Shown piece after piece: positions 1 through 10,739 of a stretch of 64,000 nucleotides of DNA. The notes beneath the pieces were generated by a model. It saw only the letters and a list, made by a program, of their open reading frames with translations. It was not told the origin of the DNA and did not search any database. Made by a program: the position numbers and the translations under genes. Position 1 is the stretch's first letter; every line of letters begins with the position of its first letter. This DNA is from Oscillospiraceae bacterium (GTDB lineage: Bacteria > Bacillota > Clostridia > Oscillospirales > Oscillospiraceae): contig AP025583.1 of NCBI GenBank assembly GCA_022846095.1, positions 3,123,279 through 3,187,278 on the forward strand, read 5' to 3'.

Positions 1-940
1 GGGGCCGGAGGAGAGCAGCCGCAGATCGTTGGACATCTTGGACAGGTTGACGGCGCAGGTCTTGACCGCGCCGGACACGGCCACGAACTCGTCCAGGTTC
101 TGGGTGGCGTCGATGAGGTTGAAGGCCTGGATCAGGCTCAGGCCGGAGACCTTGGACAAATTGGGCACGATGCGCTTTAAGTACTGCTCGTCCGCGTTGA
201 TGCCCGTGCCGATGGCCGTGCCGCCCATGTTCAGGCGGCGCATCTCGTCCTTGGCGTTCTCGAAGCGGGTGATGTCCCGGCGGATGGCCTCGCTGTACGC
301 GCGGAACTCCTGCCCCAGGCGGATGGGCACCGCGTCCTGCATCTGGGTGCGGCCCATCTTGATCACGTCGTCGAACTCCTCGGACTTGGCCACCAGCGCG
401 TCGTACAGCCGCTCCAGCTGGATCTGCGCCCGTACCAGCAGCTTGAGCACCGCCATCTTGCCCGCGGAGGGGAACACGTCGTTGGTGGACTGGCCGTAGT
501 TCACGTGGTCGTTGGGGTTGACCAGGGAGTAGTCCCCCTTCTCGCCCCCCAGCAGCTCGATGGCCCGGTTGGCGATGACCTCGTTGGCGTTCATGTTCAG
601 GCTGGTGCCCGCGCCGCCCTGGATGGGGTCCACGATGAACTCGTCGTGGAGCTTGCCGTCCACGATCTCGTCGCAGGCCCGGACGATGGCGTCCGCCACC
701 TTCTTATCCAGCAGGCCGATTTCATAGTTGGTGATGGCCGAGGCCTTCTTGATCTCCGCGATGGAGTTGATGATCTCCGGGTGCATGGTCAGACCCGTGA
801 TGTGGAAATTCTCCGTGGCCCGCAGGGACTGTACGCCGTAGTACACGTCCTTGGGCACCGACCGCTCGCCGATGGAATCGTGCTCCGAACGGTAGGGCCC
901 CCCGTGCGCCGCCCTATGCTGCAGCTCCGTCATATTTACC
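1..940 (-). CDS. aspA: aspartate ammonia-lyase / class II fumarase family protein, N-terminal ~313 aa (partial, runs off the window start)
   Basis: Minus-strand reading frame opens at ATG 938-940 (MTELQHRAAHGG...) and stays open to position 1. The translation carries DPIQGGAGTSLNMNANEV and ...MSNDLRLLSSGP motifs typical of AspA/FumC lyases. It is absent from the ORF track because it has no in-window stop. Confidence 0.75.
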
Positions 941-989
941 CGCTCCCCCTGTTAAATATCTATTTATGATGCAATTCCTTCATCTTTAA

Positions 990-1826
<837 letters not shown>

Positions 1827-1858
1827 CGGCGGCCCTACGCTCCCTTTCCACACGGAAA

Positions 1859-1893
1859 AGAGGCGGGCGGTAAAATTACCGCCCGCCTCTCTC
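1859..1893. terminator. bidirectional rho-independent terminator between collagen-like gene and Sel1 gene
   Basis: Perfect hairpin gaggcgggcggta-aaat-taccgcccgcctc with T-rich flanks on both strands. Confidence 0.6.
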
Positions 1894-1899
1894 CTTTTC

Positions 1900-4800
1900 T
1901 CAGGACTGCCAGAATTTCTTTTTCAGCTTCTTCACCTTTTCCGCCGCGTCCTCGTCCCCCAGCTCGGCGGCCTGGGAGTAGTACTCGATGGCCTTCTTTT
2001 TGTCCCGCTTCACGCCGCGGCCCTCCTCGTAGCACAGGGCCAGGTTGTACAGGCCCGAGGGGAAGCGCTGGGCGGCCGACTTCTGGAACCAAGCGAAGGC
2101 CGCGTCGTAGTCCAGGGCCACGCCGTAGCCGTTGTAGTAGAAGTGGCCCAGATTGCTCTGGGCGGCGGCGTCCCCCTGCCGGGCGGACAGGGTGTACAGC
2201 CGCGCGGCCTCCTCAAGGTCCTTTTCAAGGCCCAGATCCCCCCGCTCGTAGCACAGGCCCAGGTTGCACTGGGCCGGGGCGTACCCCCGGTCGGCGGCGC
2301 GGCGCAGCAGCTCCAGCGCCGCAGCCTCGTCCTTCTTCACGCCCCTGCCGTCCCGGTAGCAGCGGGAGAGCAGGCTCATGGCCCGGGGCAGGCCGTTATT
2401 GGCCGCCTTGGCCAGCCAGAAGGCCGCCTGCTTTTCGTCCTTCTCCACGCCGATGCCCATCAGGAAGCAGTAGCCCAGATCGCACTGGGCGTGGGCGTAG
2501 TCCTGCTCCGCCGCCTGGAGATAGAGCTCGGTGGCCCGCTTTTTGTCCATCTCCACCCCGTCGCCGAACTCGTAGCAGTTGCCCAGCAGGTCCACCGCCC
2601 GGAGAGAGCCGTTCTCGGCGGCCCGGCGGAACCAGGCCGCCGCCTTCTCCTTGTCCACCGGGGTGCCGATGCCGCTGAGCAGGCAGTACCCCAGGTTGCA
2701 CTGGCCCACCCGGTCCCCGCGCTCGGCGGCCAGGGTGTAGTAGTGCACGGCCTTGGCCGTGTCCCGCTCCACGCCGGTGCCCAGCTCGTAGCACAGGCCC
2801 AGGTCGCACTGGGCGGGGGGGTAGCCCGCGTCGGCGGACCGGCGGTAGTACTCCGCCGCCCGCTCCAGGTCCTTTTCCACGCCGTCGCCCCGCTGGCAGC
2901 AGTCCCCCAGCAGATCCAGCGCCCGGGGGAAGCCCTGCTCCGCCGCCTTCTCCAGCCAGAACACCGCCTGCTCCGGGTCCTTCTCCGTCCCGATGCCGAC
3001 AAGGTAGCAGTACCCCAGGTTGCACTGGGCCGCCACGTTGCCGCCCTGGGCCCCGGCGGTATAGCACTCCACGGCCTTGTGGGCGTCCTGCGCCACGCCG
3101 TCGCCCCGCTCGTAGCTCAGCCCCAGGGAGCACCAGGCCGGGGGATAGTTCATGTCCGCCGCCCTGTGGTAGAGCTCCACGGCCTTCTCCGCGTCCCGCT
3201 CCACGCCGTCCCCGTCCCGGTAGCAGTCGCCCAGCAGGCTCAGCGCCCGGGCCGAGCCCTGTTCGGCGGACTTCTCCAACCAGGGCACGGCCTTGGCCGC
3301 GTCCTGCTCCACCCCGATGCCCACCAGGTAGCAGTACCCCAGATTGCACTGGGCCGCCGTATTGCCCCCCTCGGCGGCGCGGGTGTAGTACTCCGCCGCC
3401 ATGACCTTGTCGATCTCCACCCCTGTGCCCATCTCGTAGCACAGGCCCAGGGAGCACAGGGCGGGGGGATAGCCCGCCTCGCCCGATTTGCGGTAGAGCT
3501 CCAGCGCCCGGGCCGCGTCGGCCTCCACGCCCTCCCCGTCCCGGCAGCAGTCGCCCAGGATGCTCTGCGCCCGGGGGAAGTCCTGCTCCGCCGCCTTCTC
3601 CAGCCAGACCAGGGCCTGCTCCAGATCCTTCTCCAGCCCCTCCCCGCCGTACAGCAGGCAGACCGCCAGATTGCACTGGCCCGGCGCGTAGCCCAGGTCG
3701 GCGGACTTGCGGTACCACTCCACCGCGGTGGGGAGATCCTGCTCCAGGCCGGTGCCCATCTCGTAGCACAGGCCCAGATCGCACATGGCGGCGGGGTAGC
3801 CCTGCTCGGCGGCGCGGCGCAGCCACTCCGCCCCGGCGGCCTCGTCAGCCTGCACGCCCTCCCCGTCCCGCAGGCAGCAGCCCAGCAGGCGCTGGGCCCT
3901 GGGGTAGCCCTGCTCGGCGGACTTGCGGAACCACTGCGCCGCCCGCTCCGGGTCGGTCTGCGTCCCGATGCCGGTGAGGAAGCAGTAGCCCAGGTTGCAC
4001 TGGGCCGGGGCGTAGTCCAGCTCGGCGGACTGGGTGTACAGCCGCACCGCCTCGGCCTTGTCCTCCTCCACCCCCTCGCCCAGCTCGTAGGCCAGGCCCA
4101 GCTCGCACAGGGCGGGGGCGTGCTCGCTCCCGGCGGCGGCGCGGAAGAGCTCCACCGCCCGCTCCAAATCCCGTTCGATGCCCACCGCGTCCCGGCAGCA
4201 GGTGCCCAGTATGTACTGCGCCCGGGGGAACTCCTGGGCCGCCCCCTTCTCCAGCAGGGGCACCGCCAGCTCCGGGTCCTTCTCCACGCCGATGCCGTTG
4301 AGGTAGCACACCGCCAGATTGGTCATGGCGGGGGCGAAGTCCTGCTCCGCCGCCCGGCGGTAGAGGGAAACGGCCTTGTCCTGGTCCTCCTCCACGCCGG
4401 TGCCGCCCTCGTAGCACACGCCCAGGATGCTCTGGGCCCGGGGGAAGTTCTGCTCCACGGCCTTCTCCAGCCAGTGCACCGCCTTCTCCGGGTCCTCCTC
4501 CACGCCGATGCCGTTGAGGTAGCACACGCCCAGGTTGCACTGGGCGGGGGCGTAGTCCAGCTCGGCCGCCTGGAGGTAGCAGTCGGACGCCTTGCCGTCG
4601 TCCTTCTCCACCCCCACCGCGTTTTCGTAGCACAGGCCCAGATCGCAGATGGCCGGGGCGTAGCCCTCGTCGGCCCCCTGCTGGAAGAGCTCAAACGCCC
4701 GGGCCTCGTCCCGCTCCACGCCGCCGCCGGTCTGGTAGCAGCGGCCCAGCGCCTCCACCGAGCGCAGATCCCCCAGCTCGGCGGACTGGGCAAACCAGTG

Positions 4801-5040
4801 GGCGGCCCGCTCCATATTCTCCTCCACGCCGTCGCCCTTGGCGTAGCGCACGGCCAGGTCGTGGTAGACCGAGGAATCCCCCAGCTCGGCCTGCTCCAGC
4901 AGGGCGCGGAAATCCGACTGGGATTTCTGCATCCCCTCCATGGCCTTCAGGATCAGGGCGGTATCCATAAATACGATGTCCTGCGGGTTGGACTGCTCCC
5001 GCATCTCGTTCATATCCTCGTGCTCGTGTTCCATCATTCT
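1900..5040 (-). CDS. giant Sel1-like repeat (SLR/TPR-family) protein, ~25 tandem Sel1 repeats
   Basis: Long minus ORF. The repeat unit A..W..KAAEQG...AQ.NLG.CY..G.GVE.D..KA matches the Sel1 consensus and recurs through the protein. No signal peptide. The start is placed at MMEHEHED (ATGATG near 5040) rather than the ORF-track M at 5088, because of a GGGTGAGA Shine-Dalgarno-like sequence upstream. Confidence 0.8.
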   Translation of the reverse strand, partial: RMMEHEHEDMNEMREQSNPQDIVFMDTALILKAMEGMQKSQSDFRALLEQAELGDSSVYHDLAVRYAKGDGVEENMERAAHWFAQSAELGDLRSVEALGRCYQTGGGVERDEARAFELFQQGADEGYAPAICDLGLCYENAVGVEKDDGKASDCYLQAAELDYAPAQCNLGVCYLNGIGVEEDPEKAVHWLEKAVEQNFPRAQSILGVCYEGGTGVEEDQDKAVSLYRRAAEQDFAPAMTNLAVCYLNGIGVEKDPELAVPLLEKGAAQEFPRAQYILGTCCRDAVGIERDLERAVELFRAAAGSEHAPALCELGLAYELGEGVEEDKAEAVRLYTQSAELDYAPAQCNLGYCFLTGIGTQTDPERAAQWFRKSAEQGYPRAQRLLGCCLRDGEGVQADEAAGAEWLRRAAEQGYPAAMCDLGLCYEMGTGLEQDLPTAVEWYRKSADLGYAPGQCNLAVCLLYGGEGLEKDLEQALVWLEKAAEQDFPRAQSILGDCCRDGEGVEADAARALELYRKSGEAGYPPALCSLGLCYEMGTGVEIDKVMAAEYYTRAAEGGNTAAQCNLGYCYLVGIGVEQDAAKAVPWLEKSAEQGSARALSLLGDCYRDGDGVERDAEKAVELYHRAADMNYPPAWCSLGLSYERGDGVAQDAHKAVECYTAGAQGGNVAAQCNLGYCYLVGIGTEKDPEQAVFWLEKAAEQGFPRALDLLGDCCQRGDGVEKDLERAAEYYRRSADAGYPPAQCDLGLCYELGTGVERDTAKAVHYYTLAAERGDRVGQCNLGYCLLSGIGTPVDKEKAAAWFRRAAENGSLRAVDLLGNCYEFGDGVEMDKKRATELYLQAAEQDYAHAQCDLGYCFLMGIGVEKDEKQAAFWLAKAANNGLPRAMSLLSRCYRDGRGVKKDEAAALELLRRAADRGYAPAQCNLGLCYERGDLGLEKDLEEAARLYTLSARQGDAAAQSNLGHFYYNGYGVALDYDAAFAWFQKSAAQRFPSGLYNLALCYEEGRGVKRDKKKAIEYYSQAAELGDEDAAEKVKKLKKKFWQS

Positions 5041-5119
5041 CACCCGCTTCTCAACATAATAGCAACATTGTACCGCGCCGGGGCGCATAAGACAAGGGCA
5101 ATTGCGCCGCGCCGGGGGA

Positions 5120-6013
5120 TCACAGGTCGAAAAAGCTCAGCTGCCTGTCCCCGTAGCCCCGCTGGTAGGCCCCCACGATTTGCTCCATGCGGTAGAGGAG
5201 GCCCAGCTCCCCGCACCGCCGGGTAAACGCGCCCCATAGCTGCTTCGCCCGGGGGCTGGGGCACTCGTACCGCGCCCCGTACTGCCGCAGGTAGCGTTCG
5301 GACAGGCCCTGGCCGGGGAAGGCGGCCTCCAGCCCCGCCAGGTAGTGGGCGCGCTGGCCGTCCCGCATGGTCATGCCGAAGGCGGGGTAGACGAACTTCG
5401 CCCCCGCCTGCGCCGCGGCCTCCGCCACGCTCAGCACGTTAGCCGTGCTGTCCTCCAGAAAGGGGAGCACCGGCATCAACAGCACGCCGGTGAAGATCCC
5501 CGCCCGGGACAGCTTGCGCACCGCCTCCAGCCGCCGGGCGGGGGAGGGCGCGCGGGGCTCCACCTTGGCGGCCAGGGCCTCGTCGGTGGTGGTCACGGTC
5601 AGCTTGCAGATCACCGGCACGTGCTCTTGCATCAGGCCCAGCACGTCGATGTCCCGGGCAATGAGGTCGCTCTTGGTGGCGATGCCCACCCCGAACTGGA
5701 AGGCGTCCAGCAGCTCCAGGGCGTGGCGGGTGAGCCGGAGCTCCTCCTCGAAGGGGTTGTAGGGGTCGGACATGGAGCCCATGCCCACGATGCCCGGGCG
5801 CGTCTTGCGCCGCAGGTCGTCCCGGATAATCTCCAGGGCGTTTTCCTTGGCGCGCACCGTGTCGAAGCCCTCGATGCGGTAGCAGTCGCTGCGGGAGTCG
5901 CAGTACAGGCAGCCGTGGCAGCAGCCCCGGTAGATATTTACGGTGTGGTCGGTGCCGAACCACGCCGTGCTCTTGTTGCGGATCACCAGGTGCTTGGCCG
6001 GGATATACTCCAT
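5120..6013 (-). CDS. radical SAM protein, SPL/DNA-repair-photolyase-like family (COG1533-type)
   Basis: CCHGCLYC gives a C-x3-C-x2-C radical-SAM cluster motif about 30 aa from the N-terminus. The ~298-aa size fits SplB-like proteins. True start MEYIPAKHL (ATG 6011-6013) is preceded by a GGAGGGGG ribosome-binding site; the ORF-track start at 6205 is an upstream extension. Confidence 0.65.
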   Translation of the reverse strand: MEYIPAKHLVIRNKSTAWFGTDHTVNIYRGCCHGCLYCDSRSDCYRIEGFDTVRAKENALEIIRDDLRRKTRPGIVGMGSMSDPYNPFEEELRLTRHALELLDAFQFGVGIATKSDLIARDIDVLGLMQEHVPVICKLTVTTTDEALAAKVEPRAPSPARRLEAVRKLSRAGIFTGVLLMPVLPFLEDSTANVLSVAEAAAQAGAKFVYPAFGMTMRDGQRAHYLAGLEAAFPGQGLSERYLRQYGARYECPSPRAKQLWGAFTRRCGELGLLYRMEQIVGAYQRGYGDRQLSFFDL

Positions 6014-6236
6014 AGCGCCCCCTCCTGTCCCACCCAGTGTACCATAAAACGGCCCCGGCGGGAAGCCCGCCGGGGCCGTTGCGGCTCGTCGAAAAGCCGG
6101 ATGTATGTATTGTTTTCGCGGCTCGGGCGAATAAGGCGGCCCATGGTGGACGGGCGATTCGTGAATCGCCCCTACGGGCCTGGAGCGGCGGGCCGATGAG
6201 GGCATCGGCCCCTACGAGTGCCAAGCAAGCCTCTGG

Positions 6237-6497
6237 GGCATGGCAGTACGGGCGGCTTTTCAGGCACCTGTTGAACCGCAACTACTTTCAAGTCTGGGCG
6301 GGTCATGTGCCGCAGGGGCGGCAGCCCTACTTACAGAGGGCACAGGCCGAACCGAGCCCTGAGCGCTTACAGGTTTTGCAGGTTACCTGAACCGCACCGC
6401 CGCGGGGCCCCCGGGTCCAGGGCCGAAGCCCTGGTTGTTTCTTCCCGGGGTTCTTTGCAAGCAAAGAATCCCGCCGCCGGAGGCCGGGCCTCCGAAA
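6237..6497 (+). repeat. ~260-bp GC-rich structured repeat element, copy A (inverted partner at 14343-14603)
   Basis: About 90% identical to the reverse complement of 14343-14603. Contains internal palindromes ttctttgcaagcaaagaa and ccggaggccgggcctccgg. Several A/B differences are compensatory within predicted stems, e.g. caggtt...acctg versus ttcaggt...acctgaa. Confidence 0.8.
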
Positions 6498-6575
6498 AAA
6501 GGAGCGGATTGCCGCGTCGGCCCCGCGGGGCCTCCTCGCAATGACAAGGTGCGCCTTCTCCCCCGAAGGTGCGCC

Positions 6576-7940
6576 CTACCCCGGCAGCTCGGTGAGCCAG
6601 TACCCCGGCCCGCTCGCCTCCCCGTCCAGGGGAATCATCCAGTAGCCCACGGCGATGCCGGTGACCTGCGCCGGGTCGACGGGCGCGTCGAAGGACCAGT
6701 GGTTGAAGGCGTAGCCGCCGTTGGGGTGGTAGGCGCTGTCGCTGTCCCCGGCGCTCACCCAGCTCCCGTCGGCCAGGCGCACCGCCAGCGGGTAGGAGAG
6801 CACCCCCGCCCCGCCGTTGGGGTCGCTCTCGATGGACACGCCCAGGGTGGTCACCGCCGCCTGCGTCGCGGTGACGCTGCCGATGGTCTCGTCCAGCGTT
6901 ATCACCCGCTGGGGTACGTCCTCCAGGGGCACCGAGAGGGCCCACGCCCCCTTGACGGCGGGGGCGGTGTAAATCCGGCCCTGGGCCGTACCCACCTCCA
7001 GATCCGCCAGCTCCTCCGGCCCGGCGATCCAGGAGTTGTCACAGTACCAGTGCCCGTCCCGCTGAAAGATGCTCTCCTGGTAGGTCATGTTGTACGCCAT
7101 ATTCTCGTCATAGTACTCCTCGTAGTGCTCCTGGTAGGTGATGTGCTCCACAAAGGCTACCAGGTAGGACCGCTCCGGGTCGGCCCCGTCGGCAAGGCGG
7201 AACTGCACGTGGACCCTGCCGTCGCCGCCGAAGCCCAGGGAGGACAGCGCCGCCCAGTCGGTGCCCTCCAGCGCCGCCGGGGTCTGCTCCGGCGTGAGCA
7301 CGGTCTCCCCCGTGTCCAGGGTCTCGGCCGCCAGCACCCCGGCGGTCAGCGCCACGGGGAAGGCGGCGTCCTCCACCCGGTACACCCCAGGCTCAAAGCC
7401 GCCGATCTCCACCTCCAGCGTCCCGCCGCTGGCCGGATGGCCGTCCCCGTTGAAGTCCAGGACGTAGGTCACCACCCCGGTCTCCGGGTCGAAGCCCGCG
7501 TTGCCGCCGTAGCTCCAGCTCCCCCCGCCATAGTCCGCCTCGGGGCGGTCCAGATACAGGCTGTGGATGTGGGTTAAGGCGTCCAGCCGTTTCCCCTCCA
7601 GATCCCGCACCTCCAGCACCACCCGGGCCAGGTTGCCGTCGGACAGGGCGGACACCGCCCGCACCTCGATCCCCTGGTCGGCCGCCGCCACCCCCTCCAC
7701 CGGGGCGGCGTAGGGGGTGAAGAGGCCCAGAACCTCCCGCAGGCCAGGCGACAGGGCCAGGGCCGTGCCCGCCAGCAGGGCGCAGGCCGCCGCGGCCAGC
7801 ACCAGCGTGCGCACGCGCCGCCGCCGGGGCCGGGCCTGCGCCGCCGGGATCTCCCCCGCGTCCAGCTTTTCCAGCGTCCGGCGCTTCCAATCCTCGCCGG
7901 CGCGGATCTTGTCCATCGCGTCGTAATAGGGCTTACCCAT
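6576..7940 (-). CDS. putative membrane-anchored anti-sigma factor (single TM, large extracytoplasmic domain)
   Basis: 454-aa ORF overlapping the upstream ECF sigma gene by 8 nt. It has a short cytoplasmic N-terminus and a hydrophobic TM segment (LVLAAAACALLAGTALAL). Genomic context is the main evidence for the anti-sigma call. Confidence 0.5.
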   Translation of the reverse strand: MGKPYYDAMDKIRAGEDWKRRTLEKLDAGEIPAAQARPRRRRVRTLVLAAAACALLAGTALALSPGLREVLGLFTPYAAPVEGVAAADQGIEVRAVSALSDGNLARVVLEVRDLEGKRLDALTHIHSLYLDRPEADYGGGSWSYGGNAGFDPETGVVTYVLDFNGDGHPASGGTLEVEIGGFEPGVYRVEDAAFPVALTAGVLAAETLDTGETVLTPEQTPAALEGTDWAALSSLGFGGDGRVHVQFRLADGADPERSYLVAFVEHITYQEHYEEYYDENMAYNMTYQESIFQRDGHWYCDNSWIAGPEELADLEVGTAQGRIYTAPAVKGAWALSVPLEDVPQRVITLDETIGSVTATQAAVTTLGVSIESDPNGGAGVLSYPLAVRLADGSWVSAGDSDSAYHPNGGYAFNHWSFDAPVDPAQVTGIAVGYWMIPLDGEASGPGYWLTELPG

Positions 7941-8418
7941 GGCTCTGCGCCTCCTCCAGCAGGATTTTCAGCTTTTTCCGCGCCCGGGTCAGCCGGGCCC
8001 CCACCGTGTTGGGCTTCTCCCCCACCAGATCCGCGATCTCCGCGATGGTGTATCCCTCGTAGTAGTGCAGGTAAATCACGTCCCGGTCCTTCGGCGGCAG
8101 GGCGCGCACCTCCTCCAGGGCCTCCCGCTCCTCCGGCGCCAGGGCGGGCAGGCCCTCGCACAGCGGCGCGGTGCGCCGCCACCAGGCCGAGGCCGCCAAA
8201 TTGCTGCACTTGTTCAGCGTCACCCGCACCAGCCAGCGCCGCAGGTGCTCCTCGCCCTGGAACTCCCGCTGGCCCATCAGGCTCAAAAAGACCTCCTGGG
8301 CCGTGTCCTCCGCGTCCGCCACGCTCCCCAGCCGCTGGCAGGCCAGGCGCAGCACCATGTCGCCGTAGTCCTCCATGGCCCGCGCCGCCAGCGCCCGGTC
8401 CGCCTTCAACGTCTCCAA
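7933..8418 (-). CDS. ECF-type RNA polymerase sigma-70 family factor
   Basis: 161 aa. It carries the sigma-70 region 2 motif (DAEDTAQEVFLSL) and region 4 HTH (YTIAEIADLVGEKPNTVGARLTRARKKL). Confidence 0.85.
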   Translation of the reverse strand: METLKADRALAARAMEDYGDMVLRLACQRLGSVADAEDTAQEVFLSLMGQREFQGEEHLRRWLVRVTLNKCSNLAASAWWRRTAPLCEGLPALAPEEREALEEVRALPPKDRDVIYLHYYEGYTIAEIADLVGEKPNTVGARLTRARKKLKILLEEAQSHG

Positions 8419-8477
8419 TGCCCCCGCCCCCTTTCACCTGTAAAACAGTTCAGCGGCCCGTTTTCGCGCATCCCGGC

Positions 8478-8512
8478 AGAAAAAGTCCCGGACAGGCCGT
8501 CCGGGACTTTTT
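8478..8512 (-). terminator. rho-independent terminator downstream of gtrA-like gene
   Basis: Hairpin aaaaagtcccggac-aggcc-gtccgggacttttt with U-run. Confidence 0.6.
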
Positions 8513-8513
8513 C

Positions 8514-8915
8514 TCACTTCTTAAACGCAAAGAACCGCTGGCCGAAGTAGTTCAGCCCGGTGTACAGGCACATGCCCGCCAGCATGGCCACGTTCTCCTG
8601 CACCTTCAGGCTCTGCCCCGAGAGCGCCCAGAGCACCGCGGGCTTGGCCACCGCGTAGGCAATGATATAACACACCGCCACGTTGAGGGCGAACCTCCCC
8701 ACCTGGGACCAGGACCAGTCCCGGTTCTGAAAGGTGAAGTACTTGTTGAGGAAGAAGCTCAAAATGCTCCCCGCCACGTAGTTGCACGCGGAGGACACCC
8801 AGTAGGAGCACCCCGCCCAGTTGTAGAGCAGGAACATAATCCCCGCGCCCACCAGGGTGTTCAGCACCCCCACCAGCAGGAATTTGGGGATGGACTTGTC
8901 AAACAGCCTGGCCAT
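8514..8915 (-). CDS. GtrA family polysaccharide-synthesis membrane protein
   Basis: 133 aa with 4 TM segments, typical GtrA-like size and hydrophobicity. It overlaps the 3' end of the upstream GT2 gene, giving the classic gtrB-gtrA arrangement. Confidence 0.7.
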   Translation of the reverse strand: MARLFDKSIPKFLLVGVLNTLVGAGIMFLLYNWAGCSYWVSSACNYVAGSILSFFLNKYFTFQNRDWSWSQVGRFALNVAVCYIIAYAVAKPAVLWALSGQSLKVQENVAMLAGMCLYTGLNYFGQRFFAFKK

Positions 8916-9873
8916 CGTCCGCCTCCAGCACCTCCCGGATCAGGAACCGGGGCCTGCCCTTGCTCTCCAGGTAGATCTTTCCGATATACTCCCCGATGAT
9001 GCCCAGGGAGAGCAGGATCAGCCCCCCGATGGCCCACACCGAGCAGATCACGCTGGCCCAGCCCACCACCGTGGCCCCGTGGGCCCAGCGCACCACGGAG
9101 TAGATGAGCATGGCGATGGACACCAGGAAGATCAGCACGCCCAGTCCGGTGATGTACCGGATGGGCTTGGTGGACAGGCTGGTGATGCCCTCCATGGCGA
9201 AGGAGAGCATCTTTTTCAGGGGGTACTTGCTCTCCCCGGCGAAGCGCTCCCCCCGCTCGTACTCCACCGTGCCGGTGTTGTAGCCGATCATGGGCACGAT
9301 GCCCCGGAGGAAGAGATTGACCTCCTTAAATTGGGCCAGCCCCTCCAGCGCCCGGCGGGACATGAGGCGGTAGTCGGCGTGGTTGAACACCGTGTCCGCC
9401 CCCATGAAGCTCATCACACGGTAGAAGCCCTCGGCGGTGAAGCGCTTGAAGAAGGTGTCCTTCTCCCGGCTGGAGCGCACGCCGTAGACGATGTCGCAGC
9501 CCTCGTGGAACTTGTCCACCATGGCGTCCACCGCGTCCACGTCGTCCTGGAGGTCGGCGTCCATGGAGATGGCCATGTCGCAGCGCTCCGCGGCGGTCAT
9601 CAGCCCCGCCAGCAGGGCGTTCTGGTGGCCCCGGTTGCGGGAGAGGTCCACGCCGGAGAAAATTGGGCACTGCCGGTGCAGCCCCTCAATCAGCTCCCAG
9701 GTGCGGTCCCTGGAGCCGTCGTTTACAAAGAGCACCCGGCTTGCGTCCGAGATCTTCCCCGCCGCCGCCAGGCCCTCCAGCTTGTCCCGCAGGCGCCGGG
9801 CCGTCTCGGGCAGCACGGCCTCCTCGTTGTAGCAGGGCACCACGATATATAAAACGTCCTTCAAGGGCTTCAC
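8899..9873 (-). CDS. family 2 glycosyltransferase, bactoprenol/dolichol-phosphate hexose transferase (GtrB-like), C-terminal TM helices
   Basis: VVPCYNEE and the DGS.D GT-A motifs are present, plus two C-terminal TM helices. The start is placed at the GTG (VKPLKDVLYIVVP) preceded by AAAGAGGA; the ORF-track M at 9963 has no ribosome-binding site. Confidence 0.8.
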   Translation of the reverse strand: MKPLKDVLYIVVPCYNEEAVLPETARRLRDKLEGLAAAGKISDASRVLFVNDGSRDRTWELIEGLHRQCPIFSGVDLSRNRGHQNALLAGLMTAAERCDMAISMDADLQDDVDAVDAMVDKFHEGCDIVYGVRSSREKDTFFKRFTAEGFYRVMSFMGADTVFNHADYRLMSRRALEGLAQFKEVNLFLRGIVPMIGYNTGTVEYERGERFAGESKYPLKKMLSFAMEGITSLSTKPIRYITGLGVLIFLVSIAMLIYSVVRWAHGATVVGWASVICSVWAIGGLILLSLGIIGEYIGKIYLESKGRPRFLIREVLEADDGQAV

Positions 9874-10028
9874 ATCCTCTTTGCAGTCGTTGGGAATTAT
9901 TATACCCCCTTCAGACGAAAAAGGGAACACTTGAGTTCCCGGCGCGGCGCGCAGGCTTCCCAAGCAGGGAGGCCGGGGAATCCGCCTCCGTGGAGGGCGG
10001 CCCCCGGCCCCTCTGCTTTGATACGCTC

Positions 10029-10739
10029 CTATTCCTCCAGCTTTCGCCGCAGGTGCTCCATGGCCTTGCGCTCGATGCGGGAGACCTGCACCTGGCTCAC
10101 CCCCAGCACGCGGGCCGTGCGGTCCTGGGTCAGGTTCTTGAAAAAGCGCAGCAGCACCACCGCCCGCTCCCGCTCGGGCAGGGTGTCGATGGCGGCGCGC
10201 AGCGCCACCTGCTCCACCACCCGCTCCTCCATGCCGTCGGTGCCCAGCACGCTCTCCAGGGTCAGGCCGTCCCCCGTCTCCATCTGGAGGGAGGCCACCG
10301 GGCGGTTGGCGTCCTCGGCGGCGGCGATCTCCTCCGCCTCCAGCCCGGTCTCCTCCGCCAGCTCCGAGAGGGTGGGCTCCCGCCCCAGATCCAGGGCCAG
10401 CCGCTCCCGGGCCGAGCGGATGGATCCCGCCCGCTCCTTCAGCCCCCGGCTCACCTTCACCGCCCCGTCGTCCCGCAGGAAGCGGCGGATTTCCCCGGCG
10501 ATCTTGGGCACGGCGTAGGTGGAGAACTGGCAGCCGAAGGCGGGGTCGAAGCCCCGCACCGCCTTGAGAAAGCCCAGGCAGCCCAGCTGGTAGAGGTCCT
10601 CCGGATCCACGCCCCGGCCGTAATACCGGCGCACGATGCTCCAGATGAGCCCCGCGTTCTCCTCCATCAGCCGGGCGCAGGCGTCGTTGTCCCCGCGGCG
10701 GGCCGCGTCCAGCACTTCGGGGGTGTCCGCTACACTCAC
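10029..10739 (-). CDS. sigF: sporulation sigma factor SigF (RNA polymerase sigma-F)
   Basis: 236 aa sigma-70 family protein located directly after spoIIAA-spoIIAB. GTG start overlaps the spoIIAB stop (GTGA). Regions 2 and 4 are present (YQLGCLGFLKAVRGFD; LTQDRTARVLGVSQVQVSRIERKAMEHLR). Confidence 0.85.
   Translation of the reverse strand: MSVADTPEVLDAARRGDNDACARLMEENAGLIWSIVRRYYGRGVDPEDLYQLGCLGFLKAVRGFDPAFGCQFSTYAVPKIAGEIRRFLRDDGAVKVSRGLKERAGSIRSARERLALDLGREPTLSELAEETGLEAEEIAAAEDANRPVASLQMETGDGLTLESVLGTDGMEERVVEQVALRAAIDTLPERERAVVLLRFFKNLTQDRTARVLGVSQVQVSRIERKAMEHLRRKLEE

Noticed and set aside
29-969. Plus-strand ORFs 29-499 and 505-969
   Set aside because: Antisense to the well-supported aspA-like minus-strand frame. 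No ribosome-binding sites, and the products are low complexity.
2143-5226. 1027-aa plus-strand ORF, and 2396-3826, 3845-4633 and other long minus/plus ORFs overlapping the Sel1 gene
   Set aside because: Antisense or alternate-frame ORFs of a very GC-rich repetitive coding region. Their products are low-complexity Ala/Gly/Arg/Pro strings with no start-site signals. The Sel1 frame explains the region.
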